Translations under genes and position numbers: made by a program
In this document: positions 39,493 through 55,391 of the stretch, piece by piece
Layout: each line of letters opens with the position of its first letter
Position numbering within the stretch: the stretch's first letter is position 1
Notes under the pieces: model-generated
Seen by the model: the letters and a program-made list of their open reading frames with translations, nothing else
Database searches by the model: none
Told to the model about the DNA's origin: nothing
NCBI GenBank assembly: GCA_951406725.2
Contig: OX597839.1
Coordinates: forward strand, 34,844,001 to 34,908,000
Direction of reading: 5' to 3'
DNA: 64,000 nt
Origin: Octopus vulgaris
Lineage: Eukaryota

Positions 39493-39825
39493 GTGAACCA
39501 AACATTTATTTTGTTTTCATTTGGAAAGAAATTTCCCTTCTTCTCTCAACTTCAACATTTTACATGGTTCCAGGGCTTCTACAGTTATCTTTTCTTTTTC
39601 ACTTGTTTCAGTCATTAGACTGCGACCATGCTAGAGCACCGTCTTGAAGGATTTTAGTTGAACAAATTGACCTCATTGTTTTATTTCAAAGCCTGGTACT
39701 TAGTCTGTCAGTCACTTTTGGTGAACCACTAAGTTCCAGGGAAATAAAAACACCTACACAGGTTGTCAAGTGGTGGTAGAGGGGGGGGGAATCAGACACA
39801 AAGTCAATGACACACACACACATAA

Positions 39826-39880
<55 letters not shown>

Positions 39881-39904
39881 TACATATACATATATACATA
39901 TACA

Positions 39905-39991
<87 letters not shown>

Positions 39992-39993
<2 letters not shown>

Positions 39994-40270
39994 AGGCGCA
40001 ATGGCCCAGTGGTTAGGGCAGCGGACTCGCGGTCGTAGGATCGCGGTTTCGATTCTCAGACCGGGCGTTGTGAGTATTTATTGAGCGAAAACACCTAAAA
40101 GCTCCACAAGGCTCCAGCAGGGGGTGGTGATCCCTGCTGTACTCTGTCACGATTCTTTCTCTCACTCTTTCTTCTGTTGGCCTGCTCGCTTAGCCAGTGG
40201 GGTGGCGTCATTTGAAGGCTAAAAAACAATGCGAACGCATTGTGACCAGTGATGTGTAACTACATCTCCA
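39992..40270 (+). mobile_element. tRNA-Arg-derived SINE, tail type A
   Basis: Head with a TCG anticodon-like loop (GCGGACTCGCGGTCGT). Confidence 0.8.
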
Positions 40271-41110
40271 GCTCTCTCTCTCTCTCTCTGGCCAGGTAAC
40301 CATGTACCTCCTCTTCAACAAGAGACCTGTTTTTGTCTCTCTGTCTCTCTGTCAAACTCTAACCTTTCATAATCTGAGAAAAGATCTCCACCTCCTCCAA
40401 TTCCCCCTCCCCTCTCAAAGGATCTTTGTCTTGCTAGTTACATGGTGACCCTTACAGAGCTGGTGCCATGTGAAAAGCATCCAGTTCACACTGAAAAGTG
40501 GTTGGCATTTGGAAGGGCATCCAGCTGTAACAAACATGCCAAACCTCACCTCGCCTTTCCTGGAGCCATGTAAAAAGCACTCAGTACACTCTGCAGGGTT
40601 GTTCATGTAAGGAAGGGCATCCAGCCATATAAACCCTGTCAAAACAGACACTGATCCTGGTTCAGTCTTCTGCCAAAACAGTTCTTGTCAACCTGTCCAA
40701 CCCATGCCGGCATGGACAGCGAACGTCAAATGATGGTGATGAAGATGATATTTACATATTCAAATCCGAAATAGAAGCAGTGCTAGCGTAATAAACATTA
40801 TCAACCCCATAAAAGTAATGAACATGTCTGGTGTATTTGCCTTAGGCTGAGATTTTACATGGTGGAGAAAACTCTCTCAAAGCACTTGCCCATGACTTTT
40901 AAATGTTTTGAGCCCTGGTGCTTTGCAAGAGTATTCGCAAACATGCTAATAGCAACCTAGTGGCAAATATGTTAAGCACATGTGTTTCTCATTTTGGACA
41001 AGTGTGTTTTGTTAAAGCCCCAGGAGAAGCGAAGCCTTGTGAGTGGATTCGGTAGATGGAAACTGAAAGAAGCTCATCACATACACATATATATATATAT
41101 GTAGAGGTAC

Positions 41111-41166
<56 letters not shown>

Positions 41167-41759
41167 ATGAATAAATAGATACATAGATAGAAAAAGAGAG
41201 AGATAGACAGATAGATAGATGTATATATTTGTATGTCTTTGTGTTTGTATTCACCCCTGGTGTTGGTTTGTTTACATTCACATAACTTAGCAGTTTGGCA
41301 AAGGAGAACAATAGCATAAGCATGGGAGTTAAACAGAAAATATGCACAGGAGTTGATTTGTTTGACTAAAACAGTTCAAGTCAGTGCCCCAGCATGGCCA
41401 CAGCACAATGACTGAAACAAGTAAAAGATTCCAGGTTCAAACTTCAAAGAAGGGTGTCTTCTACAGATATCTAAATAACATTAAATTTTTGTTAATTAAT
41501 ACATTAGTTTATTAATATAAGTTTAATTAATAAGGAATCTTGTTCTCCTCATTTAATTTCTCAGTTAATGAGTATAAAAGCAATTTTTAAATTTACTTTA
41601 CATTTAACATCTTCATGTTTATTGTCTCTTAGTATTCACTGATTATTTTAGGGGTGGGTTATGTGTCCCTTAGGGGCCACACTAATCCAGCGGTGCAGAG
41701 GACACTAAAATGATGATGTCAGTGGTGGTGGTGGTGGTGGTGGTGATGATGATGACAGT

Positions 41760-42440
41760 ACTTGAGCCATTGGTGATCCATGAGGAAAGCTGGATCTACT
41801 GTTATGATCCAGAGATCAAAAGATAGAGTGCTCAGTGGAAGCATCCTATCTTCCCCAGACCCAAGAAGGCCAGCCAAAGAATGTCCAATGGAAAGCTCAT
41901 GTTGAAACCCTTTTTCCAACAACAAAGGCATCATCTACATCCAAGCAGTTCCCTTTGGCCAAACTGTCAACAAAGTGTACTTTGTTGACCTTTTCAGGGA
42001 GTTCCAGAAGAGATTTCATTGCAAAAGTTCAAGGCTCTTCCACTCAGGTCAGTGGCCCCTGCACCAGAGCAATGCCTCTGTCCACAATTCCATTTTGGTA
42101 ACCAACTACTTAACAGAAATGGCCATCAAAGCCGTCCCTCACCCTCCCTAAAGTCCAGACCTGGCTCTCTCTAACATTTGTTGTCTCCCAAGCTGAAGGA
42201 GAACCTCAGGGGCAATGATTTTGAAGACATTGAAAAGATGAAGGAGTCTGTGACAAGGATCCTGGACACCTTCTCTTTAAAGCACTTCCATGGGGCCTTC
42301 ATTAAGCAGTTGGAACACTACAACAAGCACATTGAAGTCCAAGGATCCTGCTTTGAAGGAGATTAGAGTTTTGTATTTCTTTAGAATTAAGAAATGTCTC
42401 TCCTGAAAAAGTCTCAAAACTTCTGCAATGCACCCTATAT
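41760..42440 (+). pseudogene. Decayed mariner transposase with right TIR
   Basis: HPP*SPDLA-like motif near 42140, then PKLKENLRG..FED (ORF 42178-42366); ends TGCAATGCACCCTATA. Confidence 0.7.
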
Positions 42441-42673
42441 TTGAACAGCTGAGCTCCTGTAAACATGGTGTTGCGTGACTATTTATAAAGCTATCAATAT
42501 TTGAAAGAAGATTTCAGTTGAAGGAGAGATAAAATTGCTGAGTGGACAGATAAGTTAGGTATTTCTCATCTGTATAATTACTGGATCCAGAACAAAGTGA
42601 CCCCTGTTTAAAACCCATGTAATTCCTGGAGACATAATCATCTCTTTTCCCCTTTTTTTTCTTTTACTTTTAG

Positions 42674-42758
42674 GTAAAACTGAAGAATATGGAAAATTCC
42701 AAAATATATTCCTGTGTAGTCGTTGAGTATCCTATGCTTAGATGCTTGTTGACAAACG
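42674..42758 (+). CDS. Exon 5 (VKLKNMENSKIYSCVVVEYPMLRCLLTN)
   Basis: Long pyrimidine tract plus TAG, GTAAGT donor, phase 0 to 1. Confidence 0.8.
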
Positions 42759-43008
42759 GTAAGTTCATAAAAGATATTTCTTATCTCATTTCCTTTTAGC
42801 ATGGATCAGAAGAAATTCATTGAAGCAGGTTTTCTATGGCTGGAAGCATTTAATCTCATACACACACACACACAAGCACACGCATACTCATTCATACACA
42901 CAAACACCCCCCACACTCACATTCATACACACACACTCACACACACTAATACACACACACTCACTCATACACACACACGCTCACACATAGACACTCATAT
43001 ATTCATAT

Positions 43009-43070
<62 letters not shown>

Positions 43071-43789
43071 AGCTTGCTTCCTAGCTACATAGTTTCGGGT
43101 TCAGTCCCACTGCGTGGCACTTTGGGTAGGTGTCTTCCGCTATAGCCCCGAGCCGACCGAAGCTTTGTGATTGAATTCGGCAGGCGGAAGTTACTACCGT
43201 GTGTGTATATGTGTGTGTAGGTGCTTGTGCCTCTCCGAAAGAGAGAGAGGGATATATGTGTGTGTGTATGCCTATCACAGGCTGCTTCTAGTTGCAGTCT
43301 ATCAAATCCACTCACAAAGCTTGGCTCAGCCAGGGGCTATACTAAAAGACACTTACCCAAAGTGCCATACAGTTAACCTTCCTGAAATTTGAACCTGGAA
43401 TGTTTCAGTTCAAAACTCACAGCCACTGGTGAATAATAATACTATGTTTGGTAATACTGACCAGAGCTATTTTGGCTTGATTCCTAAACTTTGTTATAAT
43501 GTCTACCGATATTTTCCCAGTTGGTCTCTCACACCAACCCTACAATATCATTTTTAAAATTAACAGCTACCTCATCAAAATCTCATAGCTACAAGATAAT
43601 GCATGATTAGTTCAAAACAATTAGGATAAAAAAGCATTAATTGTGGCAGAATAATGCGAACACTAAAGGGTTAAAACAGTAAGTTGATGCAAGTCAGCTG
43701 ACAAGAATGTAAAATTTGGACAGCCAAAGCATGGTCAGCCCTGATCAACATGGATGTTGGAAATCAGTCCTGACAGACAACCTGAAGAA

Positions 43790-44225
43790 GAATTTTGTTT
43801 CCATACAATGGTAGAGTCAGTTCTTTTATGGATCAACAGCCTGGACACTTACCAAAACACTGGAAACCCAGCAAGATGAAACTTACACCCAAATGTAAAG
43901 AGAAGTCTTAAACATATCTTGGAGGACTCATCTGATCAAGAAACAGCTGAATAGAGATCTGCTGCTTGCTTCCAATATTATAAGGGTAAGACACACTTTG
44001 AAGGACATTGCTGGAGAGCTATAGAAGAGGTGGCAAGTGACCTACTGTTATGGACATGAGAGCATGGCTGTACTCAAGCTGGTCAACCAAACACAACATA
44101 TGTAGACCAACTCATCAGAGACACTGGATGCCCCCCTGAAGACCTCCCTCAACTAATGCCGGACTGAGGGGAATGGCATGTACAGGTTAAAAGTGTCCGA
44201 GCAAACTCGACCAGATTATGAAGAC
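43790..44225 (+). mobile_element. Decayed RTE LINE 3' fragment
   Basis: Similar to the 14440-14937 protein (VES.L.YG..AWTLTK, GHCWR). Confidence 0.6.
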
Positions 44226-45006
44226 GAAGCAGCAAGTTTGTGTCGTAGAACCAGACATGGTTTCAGGTGGGTTTGGTATGGAAAGGGTTGAAGTTACCTT
44301 ACAGAAAACCTTTCATTGAAATTGCATCTTAATTTATATTCCAAATACCAGATTAATAATAGCTAAATTATTTAATAAATTGTTCATTATTTTCAAATTT
44401 AATTGAAACAAATCAGATTTCAACATAAATATGGTAACAAAAAGCAAAGGCTAGGTGCAGGTGTGGCTGTATGATAAGAAGTTTTCTTGTTGCCAACCAC
44501 ATGGTTCTGAGTTCAAACTCTGTGTAGCACCTTCGGCCAGTGTCTTCTACGATAGCCTTGAGCTGACCAAAGATTTGTGAGTGGATTTGCTAGGTGGAAA
44601 CTGAGAGAATCCTGCTATGTGTGGGTGTGTATCTTTATGTTTGTGTTTGTCCTCCACCACTGCTTGCAATCCAGTGTTGGTGTGTTTACATCCTGTAACT
44701 TAGCAGTTCAGCAAAAGACACTTTGAAAAACAAAATAAGTACAGGGGTTGATTCATTCAACTAAAAATTCTTCAAGGTGGTGCCCCAGCATGGCCACAGT
44801 CTAATGATTGAAGCAAAATAAAAGATTAAAGGTTAATGTTAACAAAATCATTTACTGTTGAGGAATAACTCAAATCTCAAAATGTCAAGTAATTCCCCAT
44901 TTTTACTTTTTGATTGCTGGACATATTTTTGTTAATGAATTACAGCCACTACACCACGTTTGCTATTGTTATTTTTCCTTTAATTATTTTCTTCTTTCTT
45001 CTTTAG

Positions 45007-45239
45007 ATTCCACGTGGAAAATAGAATTAACCTATCGACCCATGCAAATATATCGTGAATCCATTATGTCTGTATCTATTGGAGTGATTGGGAGTGAAAA
45101 AAACACTTCACAAACTGTAAAATTCAGAAAGTTAGCTTACGTCCGCAAACTATTCTCTTTTATCAATATTCCATATAAAAGCATCAGTGAGGTGGAAATA
45201 AAATCCATGTCCATTTACCAACCCATTCACATATCCAAG
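45007..45239 (+). CDS. Exon 6 (DSTWKIELTY...VSIGVIGS...IHISK)
   Basis: CTTTCTTCTTTAG acceptor, AAG|GTAAGT donor, phase 1 to 0; the most PLAT-like repeat. Confidence 0.85.
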
Positions 45240-45676
45240 GTAAGTATTTTCACCTTCTTAAATTTGTGTTTGCTTTTCTTTCGTTTCTTCCTTCCTTCCT
45301 TTGTCATAGTTATTGTTAACCATTTCATTACCAACCTGGCTGAAACCGGCTCTGGCTCTGAGTACAAATGTCTTCATTTCATAAGTTCTGAATTAAAATC
45401 TTGCACCAAACCTTAGTCACAATTTATGTTAACTAAGTTAATGATAACTAAGTTGTTTTACTAAATTCTTTGTTATATTTAAAGTAATTGAAAGGAACAC
45501 AGAGCATCTCAGAATAAATACGGTAACGAAAGGGTTAAAGTAAAAAATGTACATTATATATATATACTAACAATATAGGATGAAGTCCTATTTGATGTAC
45601 TTAAATGTAGTTATGTTTTTAGCTCCTGCTTCTTCCATAATCGCATGTGAGTATTTTATTTATATTCCCTCGTAAG

Positions 45677-45736
45677 CTCTACTGACGAAGAATGTATCCT
45701 TTATAGGATTAATTCCGAAATTGATTCAATATAGAG
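45677..45736 (+). ncRNA. Type I hammerhead ribozyme motif, sense in intron 6
   Basis: CUCUA-CUGACGA-AGAAU..AUCCU(UUAU)AGGAU..AUUCC-GAAA-UUG(AUU)CAA-UA-UAGAG. Confidence 0.7.
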
Positions 45737-46079
45737 ATAACGAAATTTAAATTTTCTAAAGGTTAGTTGCCCGTTTTCAGTTAAATTTTCCTGTAACAAG
45801 TGGATTATAAGTGGATAAATCAGTGTATTGGCTTTAGAATAATCTTCTTTAGTCCTTAATTATAAGATATATATATATATTAAAGAGATACCACCATGCT
45901 GAAAATAGCAGTCGCAACTTGACTCTAAGACCACATTAAATGTTCATATAGCACCAGGAGAGAAGACAAAGAGACAAAATAAACTAGCAAAAATTTAGTG
46001 GTTATGATATTGATACTGACTGAATTAGTACTGAGTTTATATATCTGAGTTTATATAGAATGGGTCTAAAAGTTGTTTT

Positions 46080-46234
46080 GTTCGAATGAAGGTTTAAGAA
46101 CCACATCTCCTTAATACCTGGCCCTAGCGCTCAGAAAACGAAGCACCACGCAAATTTCATTTGGTTTACTCCACCCTTCTCACTCAACATCAAGACTTGC
46201 GTAGGAAGGATTTTCCTTAGATTCATAGAGAAAC

Positions 46235-46287
<53 letters not shown>

Positions 46288-47470
46288 AGATGGAGGCAGT
46301 TGTTTAACAGGCACAACCTAAGAGTTTCCTTTGGTTGTGCACCTCACATAAAAACATTTTTTCAAGTAGCAAAAATGCAAGGGAGGAAGCAGGTTGCTTT
46401 CACAGGGTATGTGATAACTGTCTAGGAGGAGACTGCTACGAGGCTGAAAGGGGAAGTTTGCTTCCCAGCCAAATGGTTTTAGGCAAGCATGTGTGAAGGA
46501 TTTTCCTTAGATTAACTGACAAACATTTCACACACACACATAGATACAGGCAATTATTTAACAGGCGCAACCTAAAAGTCTCCTTTAGTGATGCACCTAA
46601 CATAAAAAAACATTTCAACAAGTACCCACAATACAAAGGAGGAGGCAGGTTGTTCTTGCAGGTTATATAATAACTGTCCAGTGGGAGGCCAATGTCAGGC
46701 TGAAGGAGTCATCCATGAAGCTACGGTGATACCTAGACCTAATGTCCATAGCACTAGTAAAGGAGGCGCAATGGCCCAGTGGTTAGGGCAGCGGACTCGC
46801 GGTCGTAGGATTGCGGTTTCGATTCCCAGACCGGGCGTTGTGAGTGTTTATTGAGCGAAAACACCTAAAGCTCCACGAGGCTCTGGCAGGGATGGTGGTG
46901 ATCCCTGCTGTACTCTTTCACCCCAACTTTCTCTCACTCTTACTTCCTGTTTCTGTTGTACCTGTATTTCAAAGGGCCGGCCTTGTCACTCTCTGTGTCA
47001 CGCTGAATATCCCCGAGAACTACGTTAAGGGTACACGTGTCTGTGGAGTGCTCAGCCACTTACACGTTAATTTCACGAGCAGGCTGTTCCGTTGATCGGA
47101 TCAACTGGAACCCTCGTCGTCGTAACCGACGGAGTGCTTCCAATACCAGTAATGTAGCATCAAACATTAATATTATTAGCAGATTAACCAGATCTCATGC
47201 CAATACAGCTGCCATGCCCAGAGATAATAACCAAGCCAGGACAAGCATCAAAGAGAACATCACCAAAACCCCTGGTACCACTGCCACACATTAAGGAGAA
47301 ATAACCCATCCTCATTAACGCTTTTTTTGTATTCCTCAAGTTCTGAGTATTGTCTCATATTTGTGACATAGACATTTTAAAATTTTGTATTCATATAGAG
47401 ACTGACAAGCTGTCCACAAGACTTTGGCTTTGTGGGTGCAAAACCTTGGGTAACTCTATATAAAATTTTG
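46080..47470 (+). mobile_element. Decayed Penelope-like element with SINE insertion and 3' decayed HHR
   Basis: FIWFTPPFSLNIKTCVGRIFLRFIEKHF...LFNRHNLRVSF matches the linker of ORF 48013-48768; HHR relic at 47393-47461. Confidence 0.7.
46762..47142 (+). mobile_element. tRNA-Arg-derived SINE, tail type B
   Basis: Same head as 39992 but a different tail (...GACGGAGTGCTTCCA); second copy at 63160-63547. Confidence 0.85.
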
Positions 47471-47473
47471 TTG

Positions 47474-49113
<1,640 letters not shown>

Positions 49114-49122
49114 TATATTTAC

Positions 49123-49203
<81 letters not shown>

Positions 49204-49742
49204 CACATACATACATACATAAATACATGCATATATATATATACATATATACACATACATGTGGTGAGAGAAAGAGGGGAAGGAGAGAGAGACCCATTTC
49301 TAACCATCTGTGTTACTCTCCCCTCACACACTTACAAAAGACCCCACTCACTCCTTTCCTCCCATAACCCACAGTCTGTATCCCCTGTCCCCTAAGAGTC
49401 TTACCTGGCACTGTATCTCTATCACATTTAGCCCCTCCCAACCACCCCAATATGTGTGGTAGCCATGTTTCCCCGTCTGTAGCAAGAAACCTGTGCTTGT
49501 CCCTCTATCATACTTTAGCCTTGGCATTAAAGCCACCTGACCACCCTCATCGATCAACGTAGATGTTTATATTAATTTAACCCTTTTGTTACCAACCTGG
49601 CTGAAACCCCTCTGCTCTATAGTACAAATGCCTTGTTTTCATAAGTTTTAAATTAAAATCTTCCACCAAACCTTAGTCACAAATTATGTTCCTAACATTA
49701 GCTTAATGATAACTAAGTTATTTTACTAAATTCTTTGTTATA

Positions 49743-50332
49743 TCTTTATATATAAAAGTAAGGTTGTGTGTCTGTCTCCTACGATTTAGATTCCTAACTA
49801 CTCCCACATTTTGCAGTGCAGTTTAACCAAAACTGGGTATCTTATAGTCGTGATTCATATCGAGCCCTTCTGGGTATTAGCGTGCGACTACAATGAGTCT
49901 ACGATTTAAAAAAAAAATTTTTTTCCATTTTAATGCATTTTTTCACTATTATATAAGGGAAGTAACACTCTAAAAATGTCTACGATGAGTCAACGATTTA
50001 AAAAAAATTTACCATTATTTTTTTCCATTTTAATGCATTTTTTCGCTATTATATAAGGGAAGTAACTCTCTAAAAATGTCTACAATGAGTCAACGATTGA
50101 AAAAAAAATTTACCATAATTTTTTTCCATTTTAATGCATTTTTTCGCTATTATATAAGGGAAGTAACTCTCTAAAAATGTCTCCAATGAGTCAACGATTT
50201 TTAAAAAAATTTACCATTATTTTTTTTCCATTTTTAATGCATTTTTTTGCTATTTTTTGGTTATAACTCTCTAAAAATGTTTATATAGTTATTTCCCTTA
50301 CAAACCTGAGCAACGTCGGGCGATACTGCTAG
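49743..50332 (+). mobile_element. Non-autonomous Helitron with about 87-bp internal tandem repeats, inserted A|T into a TTAA MITE
   Basis: 5' TC, 3' hairpin plus CTAG; the host MITE rejoins as TTGTTATA|TTTAAA as in intact copies; truncated copy at 52227-52480. Confidence 0.88.
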
Positions 50333-50446
50333 TTTAAAATAATTGAAAGAAACACAGAGCATCTCAAAATAAATACAGTAGTGAAAGGGTTAAATATGTC
50401 ATAAAACTAATCAACTTGAAAACCATTTTTAAAAATCATTTTTCAG

Positions 50447-50540
50447 ATTGTCCTGACAAAGATTCTTACTGATGAAGAATATGGCTGTATTAACATAAAT
50501 AGGAGCAATGCAGGGGAAACTAATTGTAAAGTACGAAAAG
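50447..50540 (+). CDS. Exon 7 (IVLTKILTDEEYGCININRSNAGETNCKVRK)
   Basis: TTTTTCAG acceptor, AAG|GTAAGA donor, phase 0 to 1. Confidence 0.82.
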
Positions 50541-50651
50541 GTAAGATTTCATTGAACAGCTAAATGAAACACAAGTGGTCCCTCTTGTGGTCAAGGCTAT
50601 TAAAAGGGAGATAATCATTTTGTGGGAATTCAAAGCAGGTTTAATAATATT

Positions 50652-51133
50652 TTAACCCTTTCGTTACCAACCTGGCTGAAACCGGCTCTGGCTCTTTAGT
50701 ATAAATGTCTTGTTTTCATAAGTTTTGAATTCAAATCTTCCATTAAATCTTAGATAAAATTTATGTTACTAACACTAGCTTAATGATAACAAAGTTAATT
50801 TACTGAATTCTTTGTTATATTTAAAGTAATTGAAAGAAACACAGAGCTTCTCAACAGAAATAGGGTAACCAAAGGGTTAAAATATATAATAGAGAAACAA
50901 TTCTTAACCCTTTCGTTACCAACCTGGCTGAAACCACCTCTGGCTCTTTAGTATAAATGTCTTGTTTTCATAAGTTTTGAATTCAAATCTTCCACCAAAT
51001 CTTAGATAAAATTTATGCTACTAACACTAGCTTAATGATAACGAAGTTAATTTACTGAATTCTTTGTTATATTTAAAATTAATTGAAAGAAACACAGAGC
51101 ATCTCAAAATAAATACAGTAATGAAAGGGTTAA
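50652..51133 (+). mobile_element. Two tandem TTAA/CCC MITEs with a 23-bp spacer
   Basis: Copies at 50652-50880 and 50904-51133, each TTAACCC...GGGTTAA. Confidence 0.88.
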
Positions 51134-52909
51134 ATTGAAATTCAAGAAATTTAAGGAATGGGATATGTAGAAGTTATATATTTAAAAAATTTTGTGTTTA
51201 ATTAATATGAAGTTCTTAAAATCCTTTGACTGTTTGATAGGACAGATTGTCACAGTAATAATAACCCTCTTAATAATTTCCATAACTGTATGGCTCTTAT
51301 ATAAAACCTCTATTAATTAATACTTGCAAAACCATTTAATACATTTCTAGTGTTAACACTATTCATTCTTTTTCCCCGGAGGGTGGGGGGGGGCATTCTT
51401 TGGAAGTGAGTCGTAAGGTTCACATGTACTCTTTGAATGAACTCTAGAAACGATCATTGGAATACACTCTTTTTTATTCTTTTTACTTGTTTCAGTCATT
51501 TGACTGCGGCCATGCTGGAGCACCGCCTTTAGTCGAGCAACTCGACCCCGGGACTTATTCTTTGTAAGCCTAGTACTTATTCTATCGGTCTCTTTTGCCG
51601 AATCGCTAAGTGACGTGGACGTAAACACACCAGCATCGGTTGTCAAGCAATGCTAGAGGGACAAACACAGACACACAAACACACACATATATATATATAT
51701 ACATATATACGACAGGCTTCTTTCAGTTTCCGTCTACCAAATCCACTCACAAGGCATTGGTCGGCCCGGGGCTATAGCAGAAGACACTTGCCTAAGATGC
51801 CACGCAGTGGGACTGAACCCAGAAACATGTGGCTAGTTAGCAAGCTACTTACCGCACAGCCACTCCTGCGCCTATACTTCATTTCCTTTTAATATGGTAC
51901 CAATAACTCTTTTTAAACATCTTTTACTCCCTCCATTCCATAATTTCAATGGTTGTGCACTGCACTTATTTGATTGTATTGTCTGTTGAAATGTTTTGTT
52001 GTTTATTAAATTGTAATGGATGCATAATTGAATAAATAACACTCACGCTCATAACACAGACATTTGAATTAATTTTTACAATCCAGCCGTCCTTTCACAC
52101 AGAATTTCGTCTGTTTCTAAACCAAAGACACCGAAGTGATTATATATATAACTGAACTGTGATTAAGTAAATCAGAAAAAATATATATAAGTTGAAACAG
52201 TCTGTTGGCCTTTTATGGTTTTATAATCTTTATATATAAAAGTAAGGTTGTGTTTCTGTCTCCTACGATTTAGATTCCTAACTACTCCCACATTTTGCGG
52301 TGCAGTTTAACCAAAACCAGGTATCTTATAGTCGTGATTCTGGGTATTAGCACACGTCTACGATGAGTCTACGATTTAAAAAAAAATTTACCATCATTTT
52401 TTTCCATTTTAATGTATTTTTTCGCTATTATATAAGGGAAGTAACTCTCTAAAAATGTCTACGATGAGTCTACGATTTGATATTTCTAATATTTATGTGG
52501 TATCCAAATAACATACTAGTGAATTGGAAGTTTAACACACCTCTTTGGAGGATTTCTGTCCCTCAGTTTGTTACTTCATATATATATACTCTTTTACTCT
52601 TATACTTGTTTCAGTCTTTTGACTGTGGCCATGCTGGAGCACCGCCTTTAGTCGAGCAAATCGACCCCGGGACTTATTCTTTGTAAGCCCAGTACTTATT
52701 CTATCGGTCTCTTTTGCTGGTGTGTTTACGTCCCTGTCACTTAGCGGTTCGGCAAAAGAGACGGATAGAATAAGTACTGGGCTTACAAAGAATAAGTCCC
52801 GGGGTCAATTTGCTCGACTAAAGGCGGTGCTCCAGCATGGCCGCAGTCAAATGACTGAAACAAGTAAAAAGAGTAAAAAAAGAGTAAAGAGATGCTTCTA
52901 TCTATATTC

Positions 52910-52960
52910 GCATTCTGAAGAGATTTGCTTAAACCAGTAAATCGAAACGATCGTAAATGC
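52910..52960 (+). ncRNA. Canonical type I hammerhead ribozyme, sense in intron 7
   Basis: GCAUU-CUGAAGA-GAUUUGC(UUAAACCA)GUAAAUC-GAAA-C-GAUC-GUA-AAUGC. Confidence 0.85.
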
Positions 52961-53210
52961 CACCCTCATCTCTGCTTCTTCCTTCTTTGTTACCTATTTA
53001 ATTAAAGACATACCAGCGAAAACCACGAGTTTCCCATTGTTACTATATCCATTTTCTTCTATATAACCTAAACTCCAGCTTACCAACCAAACCACTTGCT
53101 ACCGTACAATCTTACAAAAGACTGTACCTACCCAGGTAACAACCAGGAGTGACTCTGGATTTAATTATCCCTTAGAGGTATTAGACCACTCTAACTTGAT
53201 ACCTACATAT

Positions 53211-53479
<269 letters not shown>

Positions 53480-54048
53480 TGCAGGAGTGGCTGTGTGGTA
53501 AGTAGCTTGCTAACCAACCACACGGTTGCGGGTTCAGTCCCACTGCGTGGCATCTTGGGCAAGTGTCTTCTGCTATAGCCCCGGGCCGACCAATGCCTTG
53601 TGAGTGGATTTGGTAGACGGAAACTGAAAGAAGCCTGTCGTATATATGTATATATATGTATATGTGTGTGTGTTTGTGTGTCTGTGTTTGTCCCCTTAGC
53701 ATTGCTTGACAACCGATGCTGGTGTGTTTAGGTCCCCGTCATTTAGCGGTTCGGCAAAAAGAGACCGATAGAATAAGTACTAAAAGGTGGTGCTCCAGCA
53801 TGGCCGCAGTCAAATGACTGAAACAAGTAAAAGAGTAAAAAGAGTATATATATATAAAAATGTAAATAGAACATATGTATGTATATTGCTGTATATTATT
53901 ATTATTATATATATGTATATATATATATATAGGAGTATGGATATATGCACTCATATGTATGTGTATATTATATATTATGGGTATGTACCCACTATTGTAT
54001 GGGTGTAACTCCTATTATTTTCATATCTAATTTAGTTTGTTCTTCATA

Positions 54049-54160
54049 ATCTCTGAAGAGGCCTTGGAATATTTTTGTAAGTGTCTCATTTATAACTACA
54101 TATTAACCTATCACACATAACGAGGCACCCGTATCTGCAGGGCTGAAACAGCTGTAAGAT
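54049..54160 (+). ncRNA. Type I hammerhead ribozyme motif, sense in intron 7 (paralogue of 3785-3916)
   Basis: AUCU-CUGAAGA-GGCCUU...AGGGCU-GAAA-C-AGCU-GUA-AGAU. Confidence 0.7.
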
Positions 54161-55288
54161 GTAGTTTATATTTATATTTGTATGTATTTATTTATATTCA
54201 CTTATACATACTGTACTTATTGTATCATATTACTCTTTCATGTACATTGTTTTGTTCTATATTATTATGTTTGACCTTAATGTTCATCACATTACAATAG
54301 AGGTGTTATTCAATTGAATACACATAATTGAATACGGGTGCAAAACATCCAACACTATTTTTTGGAAATGGCTGTAAATATTGACTTCACACAAATATGT
54401 TGCTTCCCGATACAGGCACAAGGCCAGCAGAACTATAAATATTGAAAATTGTACCCACACACGCACACATATATACACGCGCGCGCGCCCCAACATACAT
54501 ATAAACACACAGACACACACGCGCGCGCGCGCACACATACATACATGCAGCTCTCCCTGTTCTAAACGAACTTACTTATCTAGCTCAAATTCAGTCAAGC
54601 GGAAAATACACTCCCTAACTACACGCTAAAAAGCTATTTAAAATATCCACATGACGTCTACTGACCAGCCTGAACAATAAGAATTTTCAACAACGCTATT
54701 TTCGAAAACTCTAAACATTCACGTGACCTCTTTATTATGGCCAATAAGAAATTTTAGGCGGGACACTAGCCAAATTTTAACTTCTCTGGAGCCTTTTTTC
54801 TTACCCCAACACCAACTTCCATTCAAACATTCACATGACCCCTTCATAATGACCAATCAAAATTGTATTGACCATTGTCCACAAGAAATTTTAGGCGCGA
54901 AACCAAGAAAATCCAAAACAACTCTGGAGCCTCTTTTTTTCACATATAAGAGACAGCAAACCCAACATAAAGTCAGATAAGAGGAAAAATTCTATCAGAA
55001 AGGAACTCTAATCTCTCTTTTATATTTTGATAAGCATAACAAATGCGCAACCGGTAAAAAGAACTTTCACCTAATTAAATTACTTAAATTACTTCAATTA
55101 TTTTGTCAGCATTTTCTTCATTTCCTTTTTTATATATATATATATACATATAAGTAATGCATGTGTAAAACTTGAATGAAATCAGTTGGGTAGTTCTGGA
55201 GTTTTAGTGATGCACACGTAGACACACAGACATGCACACATGCACACACACACACACACGCACTCACGCACGCACACACACGCACGCA

Positions 55289-55333
<45 letters not shown>

Positions 55334-55391
55334 TCTCAGGTTTGTATATATAGATGAAGTTAAAGTCACATTTTCTACATTTTTATTTCAG

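Noticed and set aside
39992-40070. Functional tRNA genes at SINE heads
   Set aside because: No complete cloverleaf; the heads continue into SINE bodies in multiple copies.
50469-50480. CTGATGA/CTGAAGA matches in exons and elsewhere (e.g. 5882, 6758, 59610)
   Set aside because: No downstream GAAA with compatible stems, so not counted as hammerheads.
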